A stretch of 64,000 nucleotides of DNA from Cyclobacteriaceae bacterium. GTDB lineage: Bacteria; Bacteroidota; Bacteroidia; Cytophagales; Cyclobacteriaceae. Positions 19,901 through 27,886 of this stretch are shown here, piece after piece. The position numbers and the translations under genes were made by a program. Each line of letters starts with the position of its first letter. Position 1 is the stretch's first letter. A model generated the notes under the pieces. The model saw only the letters and a program-made list of their open reading frames with translations, did not search any database and was not told where the DNA came from. The DNA is taken from NCBI GenBank assembly GCA_016787625.1, contig JAEUUD010000001.1, forward strand, positions 256 to 64,255, given 5' to 3'.

Positions 19901-21004
19901 CTAACCTCCTATTTCGCCAAATCCCAATCGACGAGATGCTTTGTTGTACTCTGTCCAATCACCGACATCCACCCAGGAACCATCGCTGACAGGATACACG
20001 CCTACCCTCCTTCCTGATTCAAGCATGGAGCTGATCAATTCAGTGATGTTATAAAATTTGTTGACCGGAACTTCTTTCAGAAGGTGCGGCTCAAGGATAT
20101 ACATGCCGGCGTTGATGAAGAAACTCAATTCTGGTTTTTCGCGAATGGATTTCAACAGGCTTTCATTTCCTACTTCAAGGATTCCGTACGGAATGCTATA
20201 GTTTTTGATGGAAGCCACAACAGTCAGCTCATTTCTGTTTGACTTGTGATATTCCAAAATGGAAGGATAGTCATCATCGATGAGGATATCACAATTGGTA
20301 ACAATGAACGTTTGATTGAGGGCTTCTTTCAGCAAATGGAGACTGCCTGCTGTTCCCAGTGGCGACGACTCCTCAAAATAGCTTACTGAATAAAGTCGAT
20401 TGGGTATTTCCTGAAAGTACTGTTGAATAAGTTCTTTCTTGTAGTTAACGGAGATGTGAAAGTTTTTCACGCCTTTCCTGGCAAACCGGTCGACGATGTG
20501 TTCAATGATGGGTTTATCACCAAGCGGAATGAGTGCTTTGGGAATTACGTTCGTTATGGGTTTCAACCGAACGCCGCGGCCCCCGGCCATGATGACCACC
20601 GGTACGTCCAGTGTTGTAAGGCTTTCAATGTCCAGGTCAATAAAAATATCTTCCCAGAAAACAACGTCCGCCAATTGCCCCTGAGCATCAACAATGGGCA
20701 TGAATTCCATTCTGAACTTCTTCATTTCTGCGTGAAGAAATTCTTTTGGGTCGGAGAACTTACCCATCCGAATATTCTTTCTCAAAATTTCGCCAACGGG
20801 CGTTGTCATCTCTTTACCCTTGATAATCGCTCGCTGAACATCACCGATGCTGACCAGGGAATGAAAGTGTTCGCCCCTGAAAACGAGCAGCAGCTTGCAG
20901 CCCAGTTTATCCATCAGTTTCAATGCCTCCTGAATGGACGCATGGTCCCCGATTATTCTATTCTTTATTCGCGCCGTATTGAGTGACATGGGTTCAATAG
21001 CCAT
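19901..21004 (-). CDS. CBS-domain sugar-phosphate nucleotidyltransferase (PtmE/LegX-like)
   Basis: N-terminal CBS pair, MAGGRGVRLKPIT..IPK, LGTAGSL, WVDVG. Confidence 0.85.
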   Translation of the reverse strand: MAIEPMSLNTARIKNRIIGDHASIQEALKLMDKLGCKLLLVFRGEHFHSLVSIGDVQRAIIKGKEMTTPVGEILRKNIRMGKFSDPKEFLHAEMKKFRMEFMPIVDAQGQLADVVFWEDIFIDLDIESLTTLDVPVVIMAGGRGVRLKPITNVIPKALIPLGDKPIIEHIVDRFARKGVKNFHISVNYKKELIQQYFQEIPNRLYSVSYFEESSPLGTAGSLHLLKEALNQTFIVTNCDILIDDDYPSILEYHKSNRNELTVVASIKNYSIPYGILEVGNESLLKSIREKPELSFFINAGMYILEPHLLKEVPVNKFYNITELISSMLESGRRVGVYPVSDGSWVDVGDWTEYNKASRRLGFGEIGG

Positions 21005-22005
21005 TACACATTATAGATACCGGGTTTGTACAATTTCATGTTCTCCGGTTTTGAAAACCATTGGATGGTCTCCTTAAGTCCGTCTTCCAACGAGTACGCC
21101 TGCTGCCAGCCTGTAAGCCTCTTGATTTTCTCATTGGAGCCGAGCAGCCTGAACACTTCGCTTTCTGTGGGTCGCATTCTTACGTCATCCTGCAGCACCT
21201 CCACCGGTTTACCCATAATTTTTCCAATCATCATTGCCAGATCACCTATGGAAGTTTCCTTTTGCGTGGCTATGTTAATCTCCTCACCCGACACCTTGTC
21301 AGCCTCCGCTATCCGCACAAATCCGGTTACCGTATCGGCCACATAAACGAGATCTCTTGTTGGCCGTGTGTCGCCAAGGGAAATTTTGGGTAATCCCGCA
21401 ATCAATTGTGTGATGATGGTGGGTATAACGGCACGCGCTGATTGTCTGGGTCCAAAGGTGTTGAACGGACGAACGATGGTCACAGGAAGAGCGAAGGACC
21501 GGAAGAAAGACTCAGCAAGATGGTCAGCGCCAATCTTTGTTGCCGAATATGGAGACTGACCCTGTCTTGGGTGCTTCTCGTCGATGGGTACATACATGGC
21601 CGTGCCATAGACTTCTGAAGTCGACGTTACGATAAGACGTTCGACGCCGAACTCACGGCACGCCTGAAGCACGTTGAGTGTTCCCTTTACATTGGTGTCG
21701 ACATAACTGTCTGGTGAATGATAGCTAAAAGGAATAGCGATCAATGCTGCAAGGTGAAAGACGATCTGACTTCCCTCAATGGCCGTCCTGACGCCATTGG
21801 GATCACGCACATCACCCATGAACACTTCTATATTCTTCAGTTTCTCTTTGTCAAGAGAATCGAGCCAACCCCAGCTATTGAATGAGTTATAATAGCAGAA
21901 CGCCTTGACCTTGCAACCCTCAGCAACGAGTCGTTCCACCAGGTGGCTTCCTATAAATCCATCAGCCCCTGTGACCAATACTCTTTTACCAGATAGTTTG
22001 CTCAT
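21004..22005 (-). CDS. legB: NAD-dependent 4,6-dehydratase, LegB family
   Basis: TGADGFIGSHL, YNSFNSWGWLD, AALIAIPFSY, QSPYSATK. Confidence 0.85.
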   Translation of the reverse strand: MSKLSGKRVLVTGADGFIGSHLVERLVAEGCKVKAFCYYNSFNSWGWLDSLDKEKLKNIEVFMGDVRDPNGVRTAIEGSQIVFHLAALIAIPFSYHSPDSYVDTNVKGTLNVLQACREFGVERLIVTSTSEVYGTAMYVPIDEKHPRQGQSPYSATKIGADHLAESFFRSFALPVTIVRPFNTFGPRQSARAVIPTIITQLIAGLPKISLGDTRPTRDLVYVADTVTGFVRIAEADKVSGEEINIATQKETSIGDLAMMIGKIMGKPVEVLQDDVRMRPTESEVFRLLGSNEKIKRLTGWQQAYSLEDGLKETIQWFSKPENMKLYKPGIYNV

Positions 22006-22053
22006 TGAACCTACATTCCTTGCTCGGCGAAATTATGAAAATAACCAAGTATC

Positions 22054-22983
22054 TCAGTCCTTCAATTTGAAATATGGCGTCAAGTCTCTGGCCAGTTTTT
22101 TCGAAAAGGAAATGGCCGATACTCTGTCCAGGTGGTTACCATCCGTTGTATTCAATGAATCGGCCAGGTGTTTGTAGTTCAGGTACGGCAGGTCATGGTC
22201 TGTTGATATGGAAGTCATCAGGCTGTCGAATTCCGGAAAGGTAGCATCCTCGAGTTTTCTCATATCAGGGTGCACCGGTATCCGCACCACCACACAAGGT
22301 CCGTATGCACTGAGGCTATCCAACATCTGATTGAGCCATGACATCCTTGTTGCAGAAATGGTGTGCCTCGCCGAAAATCGTTTGTACTCCTTAAGGCGGT
22401 CAATCGTTGTCTCTTCAGCATCCTCCCTGCTCTTTGTTGCGCTTACTTTCAAAGATCCATCACCCATCACTTCCGGATGATTGACATGACGGAATGACCT
22501 TAAGATCATCAAAGGTCGGTTATCAACATTCTTATACACATACTCTGTATTCGGGTTCATATCAACCCTTGTCATGTTCGACGGCGCAAACGATTCTTCT
22601 TCAAAAGTATTGTTTGAATAGAACAGTGTAGAAATGCTCCAGGGATCAACGGTAACGACAAAGTAATGGTCGCGTGATTTGTCGACATCCAACTTCCTCA
22701 TCACACTCTCCAGGTAGGGCCTTCCGTAGGGAGACGACTTGATCGTAAAACTGTAGTTGTAAAGACCGGCATCAATGTCATGATTAAGCAACTCTTCGTT
22801 CATGACCTGCGGAATAACACCCTGGGCTGCACGTGACGTACCGACGACCAGTGAGCGCTGCCTGGGCGTTGTAAATCTCTGGTAAAACGGATCAGTGAAG
22901 GGACCTGCAAAGAGGGCAATCATCAGGAACATGATTCCTGTCGCTACCGCATAAAGACCAATGCGAAGAATAAATCGGGCCAT
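22054..22983 (-). CDS. Membrane-anchored SGNH-like protein, partner of the second MBOAT
   Basis: N-terminal TM, VGTSRAAQG, C-terminal DGNHL (DxxH). Confidence 0.65.
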   Translation of the reverse strand: MARFILRIGLYAVATGIMFLMIALFAGPFTDPFYQRFTTPRQRSLVVGTSRAAQGVIPQVMNEELLNHDIDAGLYNYSFTIKSSPYGRPYLESVMRKLDVDKSRDHYFVVTVDPWSISTLFYSNNTFEEESFAPSNMTRVDMNPNTEYVYKNVDNRPLMILRSFRHVNHPEVMGDGSLKVSATKSREDAEETTIDRLKEYKRFSARHTISATRMSWLNQMLDSLSAYGPCVVVRIPVHPDMRKLEDATFPEFDSLMTSISTDHDLPYLNYKHLADSLNTTDGNHLDRVSAISFSKKLARDLTPYFKLKD

Positions 22984-22985
22984 GG

Positions 22986-24413
22986 TCAGAATTGAAAGTA
23001 GATGAATGAACGGTGACTAAAGGAACCGAAGGCCAGGATCATCAGGATGAGAAAAATATCAAATGCCACGAGTCTCCATGTTCCTTTTACTTCTGAAACA
23101 CCTGCCTCTCTTGTGGTCCAATCCACCAGAAGCCAAAAACCGATGGGCACAAGTAAAATGGAGTTCCAGGCGGAAAGGGAGAATCCCGCAAATGTATTGG
23201 ACGCCATTGCTGAGAAGTACCCAAAGGCTGCCTGCAGGTTGTCGCTCCTGAATAATATCCATGCAACACAAACAAGAGAAAATGTAAAAGCCATCTGGGC
23301 AAGCTCCTTGATGTTTGGCAACATCCGTCCGGAGGCGACAGTATCAACATGATTGCGGTTGGTACCTGTCAAAAGAAGCGGAACAAAATACAAGGCGTTC
23401 AAGGCACCCCAAAAAACAAATGTCCAGTTGGCTCCATGCCAGAAACCACTCAGCAAGAATATCACGATGGTGTTACGTATAGCTGACCATGCACCGCCTT
23501 TGCTTCCGCCCAGCGGGATGTAGACATAATCTCTGAACCAGGTGGTGAGTGAAATATGCCAGCGTCGCCAGAACTCGGCGATGTCCCTGGAAAAATAAGG
23601 TGTCTTAAAATTTGTGAGCAATTCAAAGCCGAATAGTCGCGCTGAGCCCATGGCAATGTCAGAGTAGCCTGAAAAGTCGCAATAGATCTGAATGGCAAAA
23701 AAGACAGCGCCCATGCTCAATTCAATACCAGAACAGGTTGAATAGTTGGTGAACACTTCGTCAACCACTTTTGAACAATTGTCGGCAACGGCCATTTTTT
23801 TGAACAAACCCCACAGGATCAGGCGAAGTCCCTGAGTAGCCAATGCAGCGTTAAACACACGCGACTTGAAAAATTGCGGAAGCAAGTGCGTGGCTCGCTC
23901 GATAGGTCCGGCAACAAGCAGGGGAAAGAAGCAAACGAATACGCCGTACTCAACAAACTGCTTCGTTGGCTGAGTTTTTCCATTGTAAATATCAAACACA
24001 TATGAAAGCCCATGAAAGGTGTAAAAAGATATCCCAACGGGCAGTATGATCTGAAGTGTCCACAAGTTTGGCTGAAGGCCAACCTGGGTCAGAAGTGCAG
24101 CGAAGCTTTCCGCAAAGAAATTGTAATACTTAAAGAAACCCAGGAAGCCAAGGTTAGCGATGACGCTGATCAGGAGCCACAGTTTCTTGCGCTGGTGCGA
24201 TAGAGCCTGGTGAATCTGGAGGCCGGAAAAATAGTCCAGGAAAGTAGAGAAGAAGAGTAGGCCTAGAAATCGGACGTCCCACCAACCATAAAAGAAATAT
24301 CCTGCAAAGAGCAGCAGGAGATTCTGACCTCTCAGGGAGTTTTTGAGAACAAACCAATAGACAACAAATACAACGGGTAGAAAGACGGCGAATTCAATCG
24401 AGTTGAAAAGCAT
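22986..24413 (-). CDS. MBOAT family O-acyltransferase (AlgI/PatA/DltB-like), second copy
   Basis: LPVGISFYTF, EFWRRWHISL, SGFWHGANW, C-terminal FIYFQF. Confidence 0.93.
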   Translation of the reverse strand: MLFNSIEFAVFLPVVFVVYWFVLKNSLRGQNLLLLFAGYFFYGWWDVRFLGLLFFSTFLDYFSGLQIHQALSHQRKKLWLLISVIANLGFLGFFKYYNFFAESFAALLTQVGLQPNLWTLQIILPVGISFYTFHGLSYVFDIYNGKTQPTKQFVEYGVFVCFFPLLVAGPIERATHLLPQFFKSRVFNAALATQGLRLILWGLFKKMAVADNCSKVVDEVFTNYSTCSGIELSMGAVFFAIQIYCDFSGYSDIAMGSARLFGFELLTNFKTPYFSRDIAEFWRRWHISLTTWFRDYVYIPLGGSKGGAWSAIRNTIVIFLLSGFWHGANWTFVFWGALNALYFVPLLLTGTNRNHVDTVASGRMLPNIKELAQMAFTFSLVCVAWILFRSDNLQAAFGYFSAMASNTFAGFSLSAWNSILLVPIGFWLLVDWTTREAGVSEVKGTWRLVAFDIFLILMILAFGSFSHRSFIYFQF

Positions 24414-24423
24414 CTATGCCACG

Positions 24424-26805
24424 CTATTCCTGGTAATAACCTTCTCCTTTGCTTTTTCGCTTCCCATACACGCCGTAACCATAGCCATAACCATAATTGT
24501 AGCCGTAGCCATAGCCGTAACCATAGCCATAACCAAGTCCCGACTTACGGATATCGTTAAGGATCATACTCATCTTGGCCATTTTCCCGCTCGTATAAAG
24601 ATCATCAGCGTTGTGGAGCATCTCCACCGGTGTATAATCCTGGCGTACAATGTAAATGGTATGATCAGCGTACTTGCTCAGAACAAGGCCGTCGGCAATA
24701 AGCGCCATAGGCGGTGTATCGAGGAATATGTAGTCGTATTGCTTACGAAGCTCTTCAATCAATTTGTCCATGTGCCCTCCAAGAATGAGCTCACTGGGAT
24801 TTGGGGGTGCCGGACCGCCAGAGATCAGGTGCAAGTTATCTGTGCCAGTTTTCTGAATGATCTCAGGAATCGATGATTGGCCAGACAGGTATGTGCTGAG
24901 CCCCACCGTGTTCGAAAGATTGAAGTCTGAGAATATCTTCGGGCGGCGAAGGTCAGCGCCAATGATGATCGTCTTTCTGCCAGCGAGCGCAAACACCGCG
25001 GCAAGGTTGATCGTGGTAAATGTCTTTCCTTCACCACTAATAGACGACGTGATCAGGATAACCCCCTTGTCTTTGTTGACCAGGAAGAAATTGAGATTGG
25101 ACCTGAGCGCTCTGAAAGATTCCGTGATGGCTGACTTTGGTTTGTTCAGCACGACGAGGTTAGACATCTCCACCTTGTGGCCAATACCTCCGATGAAGGG
25201 TATGCTGGAGTGCTTCTCAATATCTTCTTTGGACTGAATCTTATTGTTGAATATTTCAAGCAGCAGGAATGCGATCAATGGCAAGAGCAATCCGGTGCCT
25301 CCAAACACAACATAATTCTGAAGTGGCTTTGGTGTAATGGCACCGCCGGAAACTCTGGGTGGATTCACGATAACGATGTCAGAGGTGGTTGAAGCGCGCG
25401 AAATTCCGGCTTCAGCCAACTTCTGTGTAAGGAAAGTGTACATCCCTTCGCTAAATGCATACTTTCTTTTGATGTTGGTGAGGAGTCTTTCGGCTACAGG
25501 AATCTCGCCAAGTTCTTTTTCCACTTCATGAATCTGTTTGTCGATGGAAGAAATCTTAATCGCATCGGTCTTCCTCAGGATGGAAATACTCTCAAGGATT
25601 CTTTTCTTCGATTCACGGAGGCGGTTCTTCTCATTAACAATCAGTGGATTCTTCGTGTCATCCTTACCTCCAACCATGCTAATGGCGGATTGCGTCTCCA
25701 TCAGTTCAGCAATCAACTCATTAAGAACAGGGTCAACCACACCGATAGAAGATGGGAGAACAACCTTGTCAAGCGACGGGCTTTGAATGTACCCCTCGAG
25801 GTAGTCGTAGTAGTTGGCTGAAACAGCCAAGGCCATGCGCTGTGCATCCAGTTGCTTCAGGGACTCATACAGCTTGGTCGCCTCAGTCGACAAGTCTGTC
25901 AGAATATTCTGTCTCTTGAATGATTGAAGTTCTTTTTCATAGTGCGACAGCGAATCACGGATATCGGTAAGCTGGTTTTCAATAAATGCAATGGATCGCG
26001 TCGAGGTTTGAATTTTCTTTTCCAGGTCATACTCCTGGTAATTGAGGATCACCCTGTTGAGAAAATCAATGCCCTTTTTCCTGATGGGTGTTTCAATACT
26101 CAGGTTGATCACGGAAGAACCTACCTGAGCCCAGTTCAGATTCAGCGCACCGATATAGCCGGTTGCTACATCTTCAGGGCGATTGACACTGACCACAAAC
26201 CGGTCTCCCAGCATGTTGCGCAAGTCGCCTGTCTTTTTCAAGATGATCTTGTTGCCATTGCACTCGGTGGTGTCCCCAAAGCGATAGATGGACTCCGTCA
26301 GATTTTCCCCGGTCATTGGCGTACATCCGTAAGTAAGGCTGTCTTTGATTTCTATAACCAAATTGGAAGGCCTGATCTCCAAAGCTGGTGTAAGCACCTT
26401 TACAGACAAGGGCAGGTTATTATATTGTTCACTCGTTTTGAAATTACCTTCCTTCTGGATCTGGACGTGAAAGTTCAGGTCCTCAATAACACCCTGGATA
26501 ATGGGATATGACTCAATGATGTACAGCTCATTAAAGTAGTTTCTGTATTGGTTGATCAAGGGATTGTCAAACAAATACCGATCAGCATTCTCCTGTGATT
26601 CTCTGATAATAATAGAGGAGCTGACCGGATAGATTCTTGTCGAATATCTATTGACTAGAAAGGCGACGGTAATTCCCGCAGTCAAAGAGAAAATAACGAT
26701 GTACCAATGGGTTATGGCCCTGTAGAGAACCCGGCGATAGTCTACCTGAACCGCACTGCTGGCAGATTTTCCTTCCTCACTCCCGATAAACTGTTCGTTC
26801 GCCAC
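24424..26805 (-). CDS. wzc: Polysaccharide co-polymerase / tyrosine autokinase Wzc
   Basis: Two TMs around a periplasmic coiled coil, Walker A GEGKT, DLRRP, DTPP, Tyr-rich tail; GTG start. Confidence 0.93.
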   Translation of the reverse strand: MANEQFIGSEEGKSASSAVQVDYRRVLYRAITHWYIVIFSLTAGITVAFLVNRYSTRIYPVSSSIIIRESQENADRYLFDNPLINQYRNYFNELYIIESYPIIQGVIEDLNFHVQIQKEGNFKTSEQYNNLPLSVKVLTPALEIRPSNLVIEIKDSLTYGCTPMTGENLTESIYRFGDTTECNGNKIILKKTGDLRNMLGDRFVVSVNRPEDVATGYIGALNLNWAQVGSSVINLSIETPIRKKGIDFLNRVILNYQEYDLEKKIQTSTRSIAFIENQLTDIRDSLSHYEKELQSFKRQNILTDLSTEATKLYESLKQLDAQRMALAVSANYYDYLEGYIQSPSLDKVVLPSSIGVVDPVLNELIAELMETQSAISMVGGKDDTKNPLIVNEKNRLRESKKRILESISILRKTDAIKISSIDKQIHEVEKELGEIPVAERLLTNIKRKYAFSEGMYTFLTQKLAEAGISRASTTSDIVIVNPPRVSGGAITPKPLQNYVVFGGTGLLLPLIAFLLLEIFNNKIQSKEDIEKHSSIPFIGGIGHKVEMSNLVVLNKPKSAITESFRALRSNLNFFLVNKDKGVILITSSISGEGKTFTTINLAAVFALAGRKTIIIGADLRRPKIFSDFNLSNTVGLSTYLSGQSSIPEIIQKTGTDNLHLISGGPAPPNPSELILGGHMDKLIEELRKQYDYIFLDTPPMALIADGLVLSKYADHTIYIVRQDYTPVEMLHNADDLYTSGKMAKMSMILNDIRKSGLGYGYGYGYGYGYNYGYGYGYGVYGKRKSKGEGYYQE
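24473..24533. repeat. Imperfect hexamer repeat encoding the (Gly-Tyr)n tail of Wzc
   Basis: ccgtaa/ccatag/ccataa/ccgtag units. Confidence 0.8.
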
Positions 26806-26814
26806 TATAGTCGA

Positions 26815-27612
26815 TTACTTATTAACAATAGATACAACGAGTAATCCCAGCGTTACCGTCGCGAGGATAATACTCAGGTTCTGTCCAAAGTACTTTCTGA
26901 ATTGTCTCTGCTTCAGAGGCGGCACAATAAGGATGTCATTCTGATTGATCAGGTAATAAGGAGAATTAATGAAACTCTCATCCAGCAGATCAATGTAACT
27001 CACCTCAACCGTCCCCGCATTGGACCGGATAAGTTTCACTTTGCTCTTATCGGCAAGGTCGGAGAATCCGCCCGAAAGGCCAATGGCTTCCAGCAACGTC
27101 ACCCGGTTGTTGTAAGTAATCGTAGTCCCTTCCTGCGTCACCTCGCCCAGTACTGTAAACCTGAAATTGACCAGGCGTACCCGTACGGAAGTTTGTTCGA
27201 GGTACTCATTCGACAATCCCTGAAGCTTGTCCTGAATCTGAAAAATGGTAAGGCCTGCTACATGAACCTTTCCGACGACAGGAAAGGAAATGTTTCCCTC
27301 TAGGTCAACGAGGTATCCATTGATGATATATGCAGCACCCTGAGCGCCACCGCCGCCACCACTCGTACTGTTATCCTGCTGCATCCGGTTCAGAAAGTCG
27401 AACTTATCGTCCGTGAGACTGCCAAAGTGAATATTGAGCACATCGTTTGACTGAATCTTGTAGTCAAACTGCTGCATAGGATAATTCCGGACTGCTGAAT
27501 CCAATGGAAGGTCCTTCTTTTTGAGGTCGTCCTTCTGAAGAAATACTACCTTCTTGTTGGGTAAACAACCTGATGCCAGAACCACCAGCAGTACAAATGT
27601 CAGGGCGCGCAT
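26815..27612 (-). CDS. wza: Polysaccharide export outer-membrane lipoprotein Wza
   Basis: Lipobox LASG-C, poly-export and SLBB motifs (GYLVDLEGNISFPVVG, VLGEV); ATG at 27612. Confidence 0.9.
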   Translation of the reverse strand: MRALTFVLLVVLASGCLPNKKVVFLQKDDLKKKDLPLDSAVRNYPMQQFDYKIQSNDVLNIHFGSLTDDKFDFLNRMQQDNSTSGGGGGAQGAAYIINGYLVDLEGNISFPVVGKVHVAGLTIFQIQDKLQGLSNEYLEQTSVRVRLVNFRFTVLGEVTQEGTTITYNNRVTLLEAIGLSGGFSDLADKSKVKLIRSNAGTVEVSYIDLLDESFINSPYYLINQNDILIVPPLKQRQFRKYFGQNLSIILATVTLGLLVVSIVNK

Positions 27613-27686
27613 GATCAAGGAAATTCAATTGTTAGCATGAGCATTTCAGGTCAACCAGTGCGATGATGCGTTATCAAGCTCTCTTC

Positions 27687-27712
27687 AAAAAAAAAGGCCA
27701 CTTGCCGGGGCC
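27687..27712 (-). terminator. Terminator-like hairpin with U9 tract in the 5' leader of the polysaccharide operon
   Basis: Minus strand reads GGCCCC-GGCAA-GTGGCC-TTTTTTTTT, about 75 nt upstream of wza; stem is short with one mismatch. Confidence 0.4.
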
Positions 27713-27886
27713 AATGTCAGTTCAGGCTTCCTTCCACACTCACTTTTCTCTCATTTCACTAAGAAAACTCTGCAATTATCCCGAAAATTAGGAAAATTAT
27801 TGGTTTTTAAGACATCCAGCCGCTGACATTGTTGCGGCCATTTAAGGACACTTCCGAACCCCAACACACCTAAGCCCGTCCCTCCA

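Noticed and set aside
27712-27831. 9-bp inverted repeat (CAATGTCAG ... CTGACATTG) around the putative wza promoter, suggesting an invertible promoter
   Set aside because: Only 9 bp and not extendable, so plausible by chance in a region of about 270 bp. No recombinase gene is in the window. Read-orientation data would be needed.
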